A DNA stretch of 64,000 bases from an uncultured virus (IMG/VR IMGVR_UViG_3300009376_000004) (taxonomy: Duplodnaviria > Heunggongvirae > Uroviricota > Caudoviricetes). The translations under genes were made by a program, and so were the position numbers. The notes below the pieces were generated by a model, which was not told where the DNA came from, searched no databases, and saw only the letters and a program-made list of their open reading frames with translations. The stretch lies in the IMG/VR virus record IMGVR_UViG_3300009376_000004; one strand, 5' to 3'. Shown piece by piece: positions 36,870-46,861 of this stretch; the stretch's first letter is position 1; each line of letters starts with the position of its first letter.

Positions 36870-39347
36870 ATGGCTTTAGAGGAAGAAAGAAAAGTAGAGG
36901 CATTAAAATGTCCAAAGTGTGACGGTAAATTCTTAGATAGTAAAGTGGATTCACCAGCAGATGAATTAATTTGTGGTAAATGTGGTTTTACATTAGGTGT
37001 AGATAAATTAGTATCATTGATGAAATTTGAGAAAGAAAATATAGAAAGTATTTTAGGTGGCACAAAGGAATTATTCTCAAAATTAACAGATAAAAAAATT
37101 GATGTTCGTGATTCGGATGAACCAACAGTTTCGGAAGATACAAGGAGAAAGCAAATTTATGTAGGTGTAGATATGGATAGTCCATCAGTTAAGACCGACT
37201 TTGAAAGATTTATGGCACAATTAATTTACAATAGTCCCAATGCGTCAATGTCAAGAAGAACAGCAAAGATGGTAAGAGAATTGGATGACAAAAGAAAGGG
37301 AGTAGGTAAAAAATTGGCAAAGAAAATTTATCAATTATTCGAGAACAGAAGAATAGAAAGTAATTTCGGTGAAAATTATTCAGGTGCATTAAACAGGTTT
37401 AAACAAGCAAGACAGGATCGTCAAGCAAGAGTTCTCATTGAGAAAGGATTGGTTGATGGTTTAGGAAATAAACAAATGGGAAAATTAAACGATCCATTTA
37501 CAGCATTAGAATTAGCAGAAGTTGATTATGATTTAACAGGTACAGATTATGAATTTGCAAATGAAATTATGAAACAAGCAGAAGGAGGTTTGGGTAGAAG
37601 TGGAGCAATTCAGTTAGCAAAGGAGTATTGGAATAAATATTGTTTAGATTGGATTAAGAAATTAACATTACCACCAGTACCACCAGTAGGCAAAGGTGGA
37701 GATGGAGATGACGAAGATGGAGAAGAACCAGAAGATGGAGAAGATGGAGAGCAAAAACCAGAAGATGGAGAAGGTGGTTGTGGAGGATTCCCAATGCCAA
37801 AAGATCCAAATGAAGATGACGAAGAGCAAGACGAAGATGGAGAAGAGCAAGATGGAGATGACGAAGATGGAGAAGGTGGTTGTGGAATAAATGTAAATCC
37901 AAAAGGTCAAGAAAGTGATGACGAAGAAACAAATGGTCAAAGCGGTAGTGGTCAAGGTGGAGAAGATTCTGAAAACGAGGATGAGGATTCTGACGAAGAT
38001 GGAGAAGGTCAAGATGGAGAAAGTCAAGACGGAGAAGGTCAAGACGGAAATGGAGATCCAGTAAATGGAAACCCAACAAGTCAAGAAGGTCAGAAAAAAG
38101 GAAAGGATTATGAGCAGAAAGATGACCGACCTTGGAGAAAGAAAAAAATGAGTTATGCACAGGAGAAATATTTAGATAGTTTAGGATTTCCAGAAACAAG
38201 CAAATATCCAGAGATGACACAGGGAGAAGCATCGGACTTGATTGAAAAATGGAAAGAAATGCAGAAAGAGCAGAAAAAAATGGAACAAGAGTTAGCAGAT
38301 GCAAAAGAGGATAAGGAATTAGACAGTGACCAAGCAATGAGAGATATCGAGGCATGGAGAGAGATGGAGAAAAAAGCAGAAGTTAATAAAATTATTAAGA
38401 ATTTACAAAATTATAAGGGTAAAGAAAAAGTAAAGATGACAAATAGCCTTGAAGCTTCCAAGAAGCAGGGAGCAAAGGAGATTGAAGCAGTTGATGATTT
38501 GATATTAAGTAAAGGTGTATTGGATATGGTAAATCAGCAACCGAATTTTGATGATGCAATCAGAAGTTGTTGGTTAGCAGAAATAGATAACATAGAACCT
38601 TATGTGGAGTTAGAAGCAATAGACATTGATGAAGCATTAGTGAGAAAAATGTCAAGATTTTTCAAGAAGTTCAAAGGCAAGAAAAAAGAAATTTTAGATG
38701 AGGAAGGCAGTGATATGGATATAGACGCATTAATTGACGATTATTTCAAACCACAAAAATTATGTTTTAGAGAAACAGAGATCAAGAAAGGATTAGATGT
38801 TGTAATAGCATATGACCAATCGGCATCAATGGGAGGAGCACCGATACAAATAGTAAGAAACATGGTAGCAACTTTGATGAAGTCAATGGAAAAAAGTCCA
38901 AAGATTGATGTTAAAGCATTAGGTTGGTGTTCAAGTTATGATAGAAATGGAAATGGAGGATCAGTTAGGATTGAGGAAATTAAAGATTGGAAGCAAGTTA
39001 CAAAAATAGGAACATATGGTTCAACACCGATGACTGAATCAATCGTATTCGCAAAAAATTATTTAGATACAAAAATGAAAGGAGATAAAAAATTATTATT
39101 TGTGATTACAGATGGAAGTCCAAATGGATCAGCATGGCTTAAAGCAGCACAAAAATCAATTAGAGATATACGAGCAAAGAAAGGAATTGTAATCGGTATA
39201 AGAATTGGTGGTGGAGGATATAACGTAGATAAAGTAATGACAGAATATTTCGGTAAAAACGGTTATGTAGTATTTGACGGAGCAGAGGAGATGTCAAAAT
39301 TCATCAAGACGAAAGTAAAGAAGCAAGCTATGAGGTATTTGAATTGA
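36870..39347 (+). CDS. vWA-domain partner (CobT/NorD-like) with N-terminal Zn ribbon and acidic Gly-rich linker
   Basis: MIDAS DQSAS, GSTP and VITDG; FENRRIE motif; D/E/G-rich repeat at about 37690-38060. Confidence 0.85.
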   Translation: MALEEERKVEALKCPKCDGKFLDSKVDSPADELICGKCGFTLGVDKLVSLMKFEKENIESILGGTKELFSKLTDKKIDVRDSDEPTVSEDTRRKQIYVGVDMDSPSVKTDFERFMAQLIYNSPNASMSRRTAKMVRELDDKRKGVGKKLAKKIYQLFENRRIESNFGENYSGALNRFKQARQDRQARVLIEKGLVDGLGNKQMGKLNDPFTALELAEVDYDLTGTDYEFANEIMKQAEGGLGRSGAIQLAKEYWNKYCLDWIKKLTLPPVPPVGKGGDGDDEDGEEPEDGEDGEQKPEDGEGGCGGFPMPKDPNEDDEEQDEDGEEQDGDDEDGEGGCGINVNPKGQESDDEETNGQSGSGQGGEDSENEDEDSDEDGEGQDGESQDGEGQDGNGDPVNGNPTSQEGQKKGKDYEQKDDRPWRKKKMSYAQEKYLDSLGFPETSKYPEMTQGEASDLIEKWKEMQKEQKKMEQELADAKEDKELDSDQAMRDIEAWREMEKKAEVNKIIKNLQNYKGKEKVKMTNSLEASKKQGAKEIEAVDDLILSKGVLDMVNQQPNFDDAIRSCWLAEIDNIEPYVELEAIDIDEALVRKMSRFFKKFKGKKKEILDEEGSDMDIDALIDDYFKPQKLCFRETEIKKGLDVVIAYDQSASMGGAPIQIVRNMVATLMKSMEKSPKIDVKALGWCSSYDRNGNGGSVRIEEIKDWKQVTKIGTYGSTPMTESIVFAKNYLDTKMKGDKKLLFVITDGSPNGSAWLKAAQKSIRDIRAKKGIVIGIRIGGGGYNVDKVMTEYFGKNGYVVFDGAEEMSKFIKTKVKKQAMRYLN
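37690..38060 (+). repeat. Coding low-complexity repeat (GAAGATGGAGAA-type units)
   Basis: Repeated gatggagatgacgaagatggagaag and gaagatggagaaggtggttgtgga encoding the EDGE/GGCG linker. Confidence 0.7.
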
Positions 39348-39790
39348 GATCAGACAAATGGGATAAACAAGAGAGGAAAAAAGTCGAGGACTTTAAGAAA
39401 AAAAGACGAAAGAAGAAGTCTAAGGTGAGAACAGTTCATTTTATCACGATAGACGAAGAGTTTCAGTTAAAGGGATCACGCAAAGTTCAAAAAGTATTTG
39501 TAAAATTTGGCTTAGAGGATAGAAGTGGAAGACCATTAAAGGAAAATATGTCATGTGTAGGAATGAATGATGATGGAGATGTAGCACTTCTTAACGAGGG
39601 ATTTTGGAGAAATGATGGTAAGGAGTATAAAGTTGAAACAATTTTTGAGAACGATCAGATAATAATGCAATATGGAACACCAGAAGAATTATTGTTTTCA
39701 AAGAAATATTCGTATAAAGAAATTTTCAAATTTCAAGAGGACTTGATGAAGATGTTTAAAGAATTTAAAATGGAGGTAATTGCAAAATGA
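39344..39790 (+). CDS. Hypothetical protein
   Basis: TTGA-coupled ORF. Confidence 0.55.
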   Translation: MRSDKWDKQERKKVEDFKKKRRKKKSKVRTVHFITIDEEFQLKGSRKVQKVFVKFGLEDRSGRPLKENMSCVGMNDDGDVALLNEGFWRNDGKEYKVETIFENDQIIMQYGTPEELLFSKKYSYKEIFKFQEDLMKMFKEFKMEVIAK

Positions 39791-40284
39791 CAAGTGTAAA
39801 TATATCTACTCCAAAAAGATATTCAGCAATAGATTCACCAGATTGGAGAAGTTGGAGAGATCATTATGATAATATTTACTATTGGACTTTGAATAAACCA
39901 GACGGTAAAAAGTATTGGGGTAAAATTTGGAGTGCAAAGAAACGTAATATTGTAAAACAAATGATGTATTCACAAAAAAGTATGGTAAAGAAATACTTAT
40001 TGAAAGAAATAAGGAAACAAAATACAAGATATAATCGAGCAGAAAACAAAAGAGTGGATAGGTATTATGCAAAGAAACAAAAGGCAATAGAACGGAGAGC
40101 AGATGAAGGTTATCAATCAGATTTAAGAGTAAAGAAATACAAAGAAAGTGTAATAACTTCTGAAAAGGCAATCAAGAAGTATAGCACAAAAATTAAACTA
40201 AGCAATACGATGATTAAGAAGCACATTAAAAAGATTAAACAACTACAAAAGAAGATATTAAAAGAATTGGGGGAATCAGAATGA
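39787..40284 (+). CDS. Very basic coiled-coil hypothetical protein
   Basis: ATGA-coupled, GGAGG upstream. Confidence 0.6.
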   Translation: MTSVNISTPKRYSAIDSPDWRSWRDHYDNIYYWTLNKPDGKKYWGKIWSAKKRNIVKQMMYSQKSMVKKYLLKEIRKQNTRYNRAENKRVDRYYAKKQKAIERRADEGYQSDLRVKKYKESVITSEKAIKKYSTKIKLSNTMIKKHIKKIKQLQKKILKELGESE

Positions 40285-40397
40285 GAAGTTGTAGTTTGAA
40301 AAGTTATAAAATGTGGATTCTAAGCAAGATGAAAAAAGAATTAAAGGATAATAGGCTTACTAGAATGATGGGAATTAACGAGGTGTTAGATAATTAA

Positions 40398-40565
40398 ATG
40401 ACTATTCTAACTAAAGCAGGTAAAGATTACAAATGTAATTCTTGTAAAAATATAATTTCTAAAGGCAGTAAGTATTTGGCAAAGCCAAGATTCCAATATG
40501 GGACAGATAGATTCTGTGTAAATTGTATCATGAGTGAGTTAAAGGATATGGTGTGTGAAGAATGA
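40398..40565 (+). CDS. 55-aa Zn-ribbon microprotein (not in ORF track)
   Basis: KAGKDYKCNSC..I.KG..Y...FCVNC. Confidence 0.55.
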   Translation: MTILTKAGKDYKCNSCKNIISKGSKYLAKPRFQYGTDRFCVNCIMSELKDMVCEE

Positions 40566-40879
40566 ATGCGAAAGAAGAAGCAAAAATGCAATTAAGATTA
40601 AAGACATTAAATGGATTATTCGGTAAAGATCCAACGTTTGATTTTATGTTGTCAGGCAAACGAATAAGATTGGAAAATACGAATGATCCATATACGCGAC
40701 TAAAAAAAGGAGATGTGGGTACAGTAGAATTAATCAAGAAGAATGATAGTTTAAAATTTGATCAGATGTGGGTACAATGGGATAGTGGTTCGACTTTGAT
40801 GTTAATAGATGAAACACCTTATGGTAGAGATAAGAAAGACGAATTTGAAATTATAGGAGCATTAAGAGGTTATGAATAA
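40562..40879 (+). CDS. DUF4314-like protein
   Basis: G.RIRL...DPY..L..GD.GTV..Q.WVQWDSGSTL.L. Confidence 0.7.
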   Translation: MNAKEEAKMQLRLKTLNGLFGKDPTFDFMLSGKRIRLENTNDPYTRLKKGDVGTVELIKKNDSLKFDQMWVQWDSGSTLMLIDETPYGRDKKDEFEIIGALRGYE

Positions 40880-41283
40880 TGAAAAATAAAACAGTAGTAG
40901 AAAAGAAAAGCAAGAAAGCCTTAGCCTATGAGAACTTGGTAAGTGAGATTAGGAAGGTAGGTGGTCTTGTAAAATACGTTGGTATAGCAGATGCACATGG
41001 TATTGAATTTTTTATGACAGAAGCAGAATTTAAGGCAAGTCCATATCCAATGCAAATGAGAGCTGACGCAAATAGGCAAAGACACGCAGTAGCATTTGTG
41101 TGTGAATTGACGAAAGATAGAGCAGATACAATTCAGAAAAGCATAGAAGATCAGAAGTTCAAAAAGGCTTTGAAAGAGTTGAAAAATCTGGCAGTAACAA
41201 TAGGGTTTCCAGAAAATAGAGTTGAAGCATATGAGAAGTCATGGACTTTGATTCCAAATAGTAAATTGGATCCTTGGAGATAA
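40879..41283 (+). CDS. Hypothetical protein
   Basis: GIADAHGIE..RADANRQRHAV; coupled. Confidence 0.6.
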   Translation: MKNKTVVEKKSKKALAYENLVSEIRKVGGLVKYVGIADAHGIEFFMTEAEFKASPYPMQMRADANRQRHAVAFVCELTKDRADTIQKSIEDQKFKKALKELKNLAVTIGFPENRVEAYEKSWTLIPNSKLDPWR

Positions 41284-41711
41284 TTATGAATTTACTTAAT
41301 AAAATATTTCCAAAAGTCTTTAATAGAAAGCCGAGAATAAGAAATATGGCAAAAGCACCGAAGATTGGTTCTAGATTGAAAGTTGCGAAGTTCGCACATG
41401 AAAAGGCATTGAAAGGAGATAAACAATACAAGGTTATACAACCACAAATTTTATCATATCATGATGAAACGTATTTTTGGTCATGTAAAGTAATATCGGT
41501 AGGCGAAACAAGTTCTGTTGGAATAGCAAGAAAGAGTGAGGAGGGATTCATAATAATTATTGAGAAAGGAAAAAAAATGAAAGTTTTGATGAAAGTTGTT
41601 AAAGATAAAGTAACTATGTTGCCTTTACCAGTTGAAGGTGATCCAACACTTGCAGTAAAAGAAATTAAAAAATTAACAGTGAAAAAATTTAAGGAGGTAG
41701 TGAAAAAGTAA
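41274..41711 (+). CDS. Basic hypothetical protein
   Basis: Co-oriented ORF in the operon. Confidence 0.5.
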   Translation: MEIIMNLLNKIFPKVFNRKPRIRNMAKAPKIGSRLKVAKFAHEKALKGDKQYKVIQPQILSYHDETYFWSCKVISVGETSSVGIARKSEEGFIIIIEKGKKMKVLMKVVKDKVTMLPLPVEGDPTLAVKEIKKLTVKKFKEVVKK

Positions 41712-42139
41712 TGTTTGCAAAAGATAAGACGGTTAGAAGATTTGAAAAGCATACGTTCAGAGGAGAAGAAATACCAGCACCATATCAATATAAGATTAAC
41801 GAGATAGATGAATTTTACAAAGGCGAACCAAAAACATTTACAGATGGAGGACATGGAGTTACAGAAGAAAGTATAAAATATTTCAAAAAACTTAGAGGTA
41901 AATTGGGAGAGATAGTTCAGATTAACATAGATAGTAATAGAGAATATGATATGGAAATAAATTGTTCAGCAGGTTTGGTATTGTTAAGTGGCGTAACTTG
42001 TGGATATGGTGGTACGGGTCCTAATGGGACTTTGAAATTATTGGAAATGATCGGATTAGATTCTGAAGATTATAGACAAAAAGTGTTTGCTAATAACCAT
42101 GTTATGATAGATCTAAGAGATAAGAGGGTGTATTATTGA
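41711..42139 (+). CDS. Hypothetical protein with GYGGTGP motif
   Basis: LSGVTCGYGGTGPNGT; GGAGG upstream. Confidence 0.6.
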   Translation: MFAKDKTVRRFEKHTFRGEEIPAPYQYKINEIDEFYKGEPKTFTDGGHGVTEESIKYFKKLRGKLGEIVQINIDSNREYDMEINCSAGLVLLSGVTCGYGGTGPNGTLKLLEMIGLDSEDYRQKVFANNHVMIDLRDKRVYY

Positions 42140-42324
42140 CAGGCGAGTTAGTTCCTTGTGAGGAATGTGGGTTTCCACGTTGGAAATGTGGAGATTGTTT
42201 TGACACATTAATCATAACAGAATTTCATGGAGAATATGGTGGGGAATATACAACCGAGTACGCTTGTCCTAAATGTGATCCAGAAGATCCGAACAAAGGT
42301 CTATGGGAACCGAATCATATATGA
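42136..42324 (+). CDS. Zn-ribbon microprotein
   Basis: CEECG..CGDC..CPKC. Confidence 0.55.
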   Translation: MTGELVPCEECGFPRWKCGDCFDTLIITEFHGEYGGEYTTEYACPKCDPEDPNKGLWEPNHI

Positions 42325-42545
42325 ACGAGAAAGATGAAAACGATTTATTAGCAATAATAATGGAGATGACACCATTGACTAATTATCCGAATTTAAAATC
42401 TTGGAACAGTGATTTTAAACGAAGAATGAATAAAGTCCTAAAACCAATAAAATTTGTAGATAAAATAGATGAACAGATTGAACAAGTAAAGAAACGTGCA
42501 GTAGCGAAAAAAAAGAGAGGTAAGAAAAATGTTAGACGAACTTGA
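42321..42545 (+). CDS. Hypothetical protein
   Basis: ATGA-coupled start at 42321. Confidence 0.5.
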   Translation: MNEKDENDLLAIIMEMTPLTNYPNLKSWNSDFKRRMNKVLKPIKFVDKIDEQIEQVKKRAVAKKKRGKKNVRRT

Positions 42546-42665
42546 TAAGAGTGAAATAAAATTTGGTTTTTGGATGGCTATACATCACCCATTCGCTTAC
42601 AGAGGAAAGTTCGCTTTTGGTATGATAAAATATTCATTGGGAATAATTTGGAGAAGATTACTTTG

Positions 42666-43040
42666 ATGAAAAAAAGATTAACCTATGTTCCAAAGGGAAT
42701 TATAAAAGCAATACCTAGTATGATGATAGAAAGAAAAAATACATCATCAACAGATAATATCCTAAAAATTAAAACTCGTCAATTTGATATTTTAGCGATA
42801 TTAAAACTTCTGTATGCTGTTAAAAATAAACCATTAGGTTTTTCAAGATTATATGAAAAATCACAAATTAGAATGAAAAAATCATTTTTAAATTATTTGG
42901 ATTTAGTATCAAGTCGTGGGTTTATAATTAAAACTCAATTAGAAAAACAACAGTATATGCTTGAAAATCCAAGAGAAAGAGTGTCATATCATCTAACAGA
43001 TGATGGCAAAAACTTACTAAAATTATTCGGTGTGATATAA
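42666..43040 (+). CDS. Winged-helix transcription regulator (archaeal ArnR/HTH_45-like)
   Basis: F..L..KS....FLNYL.L...GFI..YHLTDDGK.LL. Start probably 42666, coupled to an untracked 45-aa ORF at 42529-42666. Confidence 0.65.
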   Translation: MKKRLTYVPKGIIKAIPSMMIERKNTSSTDNILKIKTRQFDILAILKLLYAVKNKPLGFSRLYEKSQIRMKKSFLNYLDLVSSRGFIIKTQLEKQQYMLENPRERVSYHLTDDGKNLLKLFGVI

Positions 43041-43510
43041 TGAAGAAATATCTTCAACAATTTTTCAAACGTTGTGAAAATACCTACATAACTGCAACAA
43101 AAAAGACGGGTGGTAGCGAACCTGTACTGTTTTATTACAAAAATGGTAGGGATCATGCAGTTGCAATACCGAAATTACCAACCGGATTGGGAAAAGCATT
43201 ACAAAGTATAAGCCCTATGGATTTGTTAAAACCATTCGTCTATGATTTATCACCAGAAGCATATTTGTTTTGTTCAGAAGCATATCTTAGAACATTTACA
43301 AAGTGTAAGGATAATGATGTAGAAAAAATGGGTTGGAATGATTTAGGAGAACAGATAGCAAAGCAAGAAGTTATTGCCATGATAGGTGCTACAATGAAGG
43401 GAGATAGACATCGTGTTATGTTTAATGTTAAAAGAAAGAATGGAATATTACAAAAGTTAGAAAAACAGAGTAAAAGGTTAGATGTTTTCTTTACCAATAA
43501 AGAACCATAA
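43040..43510 (+). CDS. Hypothetical protein
   Basis: PEAYLFCSEAY..QEVI; coupled. Confidence 0.6.
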   Translation: MKKYLQQFFKRCENTYITATKKTGGSEPVLFYYKNGRDHAVAIPKLPTGLGKALQSISPMDLLKPFVYDLSPEAYLFCSEAYLRTFTKCKDNDVEKMGWNDLGEQIAKQEVIAMIGATMKGDRHRVMFNVKRKNGILQKLEKQSKRLDVFFTNKEP

Positions 43511-43539
43511 ATATTTTATATTATAGTTATGATCATTAT

Positions 43540-43920
43540 TTGATGAGTGAGATTTTTAAAGATGGTCAATCATATCTAGTAGTTGGCGAAAATCATAAAG
43601 TCCGATTACCAAGCGAATTTGTGAAATTTTGGAATGTAAAGGTGGGAGATGAGTTATTAATCTTCAAAGGAAAAGAATCGGTAATGTTAATTCCATCTGG
43701 TTACAAGCCGACAAAAAGAAAACATATACGAGGAAAGGTTACAGTATCAGATCATCTTTTATCAATGATTGATAGAGCAGGACACCCATTACCTCATAGT
43801 GAATTACAAATTCCTAATAGATCAGAAACAACGATAAGGGGAAGATTATCCGAGCTTGTTAGTCAGGGCGTTTTAAGAAGATTTGTTAGTAATGGGGTAA
43901 CATATTTTGGCAGAAAATAA
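43540..43920 (+). CDS. AbrB-like plus HTH DNA-binding protein
   Basis: KVRLPSEF..WNVKVGDEL (AbrB-like); SETTIRGRLSELV..G (HTH). Confidence 0.6.
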   Translation: MMSEIFKDGQSYLVVGENHKVRLPSEFVKFWNVKVGDELLIFKGKESVMLIPSGYKPTKRKHIRGKVTVSDHLLSMIDRAGHPLPHSELQIPNRSETTIRGRLSELVSQGVLRRFVSNGVTYFGRK

Positions 43921-44563
43921 AAACCTAGAATCTTTTTTTTCACCAGAAGATAGGAAAAAAGAAAAGAAGAAAAAAATTACAAAAGATATTGATGAAGTAA
44001 GAAAGACGAACAAGAGTTATGCAAACAGTTACGATTCAAAGGTAGAATGGAATAAGAAGAAAGATGATTGGGAAGAAAAGAAATATGCAAAAGAAAAGCC
44101 TAGTGAAGAAAGACCTTTTGTAAATGGGAATTTCCATCATCAGAAGCATAGATTATTAGATCTAAGGTGGGGATCAACTTTTGTGTATAAGACGAAAGGG
44201 AAATTTTATGGACATGGAGATATGGCACATTGTGATGAGGGAGATATAAAATGGAATATGGTAAGGATGAGAGAAATAATGATTTTGTTATCATTGAAAA
44301 GTCCTAAATCAAAGATTACTGCAATTTGGAAAGCATATGATTCTGATATGGGAGATCACTCGGGCGAAAAGCATGATTTGGAAACTATTCTGAAAGAGGC
44401 AGAACAATATGGTGAGCAGGTATATGAAATACTTGAATATTCTGGATCAGCTTGTGATGATCAAGTCAGAGTAATTCCTGAAAATAAAATAAAAGAAGTC
44501 ATGAAATATACTGATTGTTATCCTACACCTGATACGTTTGACGATGGAATAATAATATCATAA
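43907..44563 (+). CDS. Hypothetical protein
   Basis: Co-oriented 218-aa ORF. Confidence 0.55.
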   Translation: MAENKNLESFFSPEDRKKEKKKKITKDIDEVRKTNKSYANSYDSKVEWNKKKDDWEEKKYAKEKPSEERPFVNGNFHHQKHRLLDLRWGSTFVYKTKGKFYGHGDMAHCDEGDIKWNMVRMREIMILLSLKSPKSKITAIWKAYDSDMGDHSGEKHDLETILKEAEQYGEQVYEILEYSGSACDDQVRVIPENKIKEVMKYTDCYPTPDTFDDGIIIS

Positions 44564-44597
44564 ACCTTTAAAACCGATAATATTCAAGTCAAACTAC

Positions 44598-44948
44598 ATG
44601 AAACGGATCGTTTATTCAACGAATTTAAACTTTACACATATGATATCTGATAGACCAGAATTGGTGGATAAGGCTTGTGCTATTCCACATACTCATACAA
44701 GTAGAATAAATGTTACTGTTCCTATATTTGACCATGAATTTTTGGATTTTAAATCAGTGAAAAAAGGTGTGGAAAACATAGTAGGAAAAATGAGAGGAAA
44801 AAATATAACCGATGATTTTGGGATTGAATCAACTGAAGAATTTGTAGAGTATATTGCAAAGGCAGTAAAAAAAGAATTGAATAGGGAGAAGGTAGATGTC
44901 TATATTCAAGAAACCGAAAAGTATGGTATGGAATATGTTAGCGATTAA
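44598..44948 (+). CDS. queD: 6-carboxytetrahydropterin synthase-like (QueD)
   Basis: F..H..C..PHTH, LDFK.VK, STEEF and V.IQET; first gene of the que cluster. Confidence 0.75.
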   Translation: MKRIVYSTNLNFTHMISDRPELVDKACAIPHTHTSRINVTVPIFDHEFLDFKSVKKGVENIVGKMRGKNITDDFGIESTEEFVEYIAKAVKKELNREKVDVYIQETEKYGMEYVSD

Positions 44949-45528
44949 TGAAGAATTTGTTTCTGTGCAAGGAGAGGGAAAGAATACAGGCGTATTACAA
45001 TATTTTGTAAGAACACAGGGTTGTGCTGTTGGGTGTTATTTTTGTGATACAAAATATACTTGGAAAGAAAGTGATGCGATAACCGATGAATATGACATTG
45101 TTAAAAGAGTGCTTGAAAGTGGAGCTAAATGGTGTTGTATCACTGGTGGGGAACCATTAGAACAAGATATAGGAAAATTAATTTATCTTCTTAATTTCAA
45201 TAACATAAAAACACAGATAGAAACAAGTGGAATGTATTATAGTCCAATAGTGGCAAAGATAGATTGGGTTTGCTGTTCTCCAAAAATGTTATACTCTAAG
45301 AAAAAATTTGAAGATAAGATACTTGAAGATACTGATGAAGTAAAATGTGTAGTAACCAATGAAAAGGATTTGGATTTTTATCTAGATTACTTTAAGGACT
45401 TTAAGGGAGATAAGGTATTCCAACCAGTTGATTCTGATAAGAAAAAAATTAGTAAAATGATTGTTGATAGAAAACTGAATGATTGGAAAGTGATGATACA
45501 ACAGCACGTTATAATGGAGTTAAGATGA
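44935..45528 (+). CDS. queE: 7-carboxy-7-deazaguanine synthase (radical SAM)
   Basis: INEEFVSVQGEG, CAVGCYFCDT, ITGGEP, IETSG and SPK; start moved to 44935. Confidence 0.92.
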   Translation: MLAINEEFVSVQGEGKNTGVLQYFVRTQGCAVGCYFCDTKYTWKESDAITDEYDIVKRVLESGAKWCCITGGEPLEQDIGKLIYLLNFNNIKTQIETSGMYYSPIVAKIDWVCCSPKMLYSKKKFEDKILEDTDEVKCVVTNEKDLDFYLDYFKDFKGDKVFQPVDSDKKKISKMIVDRKLNDWKVMIQQHVIMELR

Positions 45529-46085
45529 GTGCGTGTAGAGATTTGTCAGATGACAGTAGAAAAAAATCAACCTTAGTAAGTGAATGGTTTGAAAGATTAG
45601 GTGGAAAAGATTTTCCGAAAGATACTGATCAAAGAGTAGAAAATTATTTCAAAGAAATGGAAAAAAAGAGAAATTATACAAAATTTACAGCATTTCCTAC
45701 AACCAATGACGAGATGATAATTATAAATAAAATAAAGATATTTTCATTCTGTGAACATCATCTACTACCATTCTTTGGTCATTGTAGTGTTGGTTATATT
45801 CCTGATGGTAAGATTTTAGGATTATCTAAATTTCAAAGACTTGTGGATTCGGTTTCTACACTTCCGACATTACAAGAAGATGTAACACAGGCAATAGCTA
45901 ATAAAGTTGAAAAATTATTAAGTCCGAAAGGATTGGGTGTAGTTGCTAATTGTCAGCATAGTTGTATGTTTGGTAGAGGGATAGAAAGACCAGAAATATA
46001 TGTTTCAACACAAGTGTTACAAGGAATATTTTCTGATACAGATGTTCGTTCAGAATTTCTTAATAGGGTGAAGAATGATATATGA
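45525..46085 (+). CDS. folE: GTP cyclohydrolase I
   Basis: SFCEHHLLPFFG, LGLSKF.R, LQE and HSCM.GRG; start moved to 45525 (ATGA overlap). Confidence 0.93.
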   Translation: MSACRDLSDDSRKKSTLVSEWFERLGGKDFPKDTDQRVENYFKEMEKKRNYTKFTAFPTTNDEMIIINKIKIFSFCEHHLLPFFGHCSVGYIPDGKILGLSKFQRLVDSVSTLPTLQEDVTQAIANKVEKLLSPKGLGVVANCQHSCMFGRGIERPEIYVSTQVLQGIFSDTDVRSEFLNRVKNDI

Positions 46086-46861
46086 CTTCAAAAATTGCGA
46101 TAGCATTTTCAGGTGGTTGGGATTCTATGATTACATATTTTTGGTTAAAACATAATGGGTACAAAGACGAAGATTTATTTCTCTATACATTAAGATATGG
46201 ACAACCATATGAAAAGGAAGAAATTAATGCAATAGAAATATTATCTGAAAAATATGGATTTAAGGTAAAACAATATAACATAAATCTTCTTGATGATATG
46301 AATAGTCCTGACATTGTTAATCCAGTAATACCTGCTAGAAATTTATTAATTGCATATCTTGGTGCATTTAATTGTGATACTATTGCATTTTCTGCTCCAT
46401 TTGGAGAACATAGATTCGCAGAACAGAAATGGAATACACAAGATGAAAATCCTATCGCTTATCAAAAAATGAGTGAGGCATTATCATTTTTAATGGGTAA
46501 AAAAATTACAGTTATGAATTTTGTAGGGCATAAGACGAAAAGTGAATGGTTATCATGGTTAATGGACGTAGGGGAATATGGTAATCCTTCTGATTGGGAA
46601 TTTATACTTAGAAATACTGTATCATGTTATCAGGATAATTATTGTGGTAAATGTCTAGCTTGTTTATTGAAGTGGTGTATGTTAAAGAATAATGATTTGT
46701 CTATTGATGATTATTTTGTTAATGGGTTTGATATAAAATCCGTTCCTATTCAAAAAGCTATAAATGGATTGGAAAAATTGAAAGATAAAATCAATCCCTC
46801 CGATATTCATTATAATAACTTCTTGGCTAGATATAGAGAATTACAAAGTGCTTTAACATAA
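46082..46861 (+). CDS. queC: 7-cyano-7-deazaguanine synthase
   Basis: PP-loop FSGGWDS, YGQ, IPARNL and TVSCY..CGKCLAC. Confidence 0.88.
   Translation: MTSKIAIAFSGGWDSMITYFWLKHNGYKDEDLFLYTLRYGQPYEKEEINAIEILSEKYGFKVKQYNINLLDDMNSPDIVNPVIPARNLLIAYLGAFNCDTIAFSAPFGEHRFAEQKWNTQDENPIAYQKMSEALSFLMGKKITVMNFVGHKTKSEWLSWLMDVGEYGNPSDWEFILRNTVSCYQDNYCGKCLACLLKWCMLKNNDLSIDDYFVNGFDIKSVPIQKAINGLEKLKDKINPSDIHYNNFLARYRELQSALT

Noticed and set aside
37654..38355. 233-aa His/Leu-rich minus-strand ORF
   Set aside because: Antisense artefact of the GAAGATGGA low-complexity linker.
35595..39347. Cobalamin auxiliary metabolic genes (cobS/cobT)
   Set aside because: No cobN or other cob genes; the motifs support only a generic MoxR AAA-vWA pair.
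44598..46861. Folate or tRNA queuosine auxiliary metabolism
   Set aside because: Operon context with a TGT/DpdA-like gene, ParB and terminase favours DNA modification, although a tRNA role is not formally excluded.
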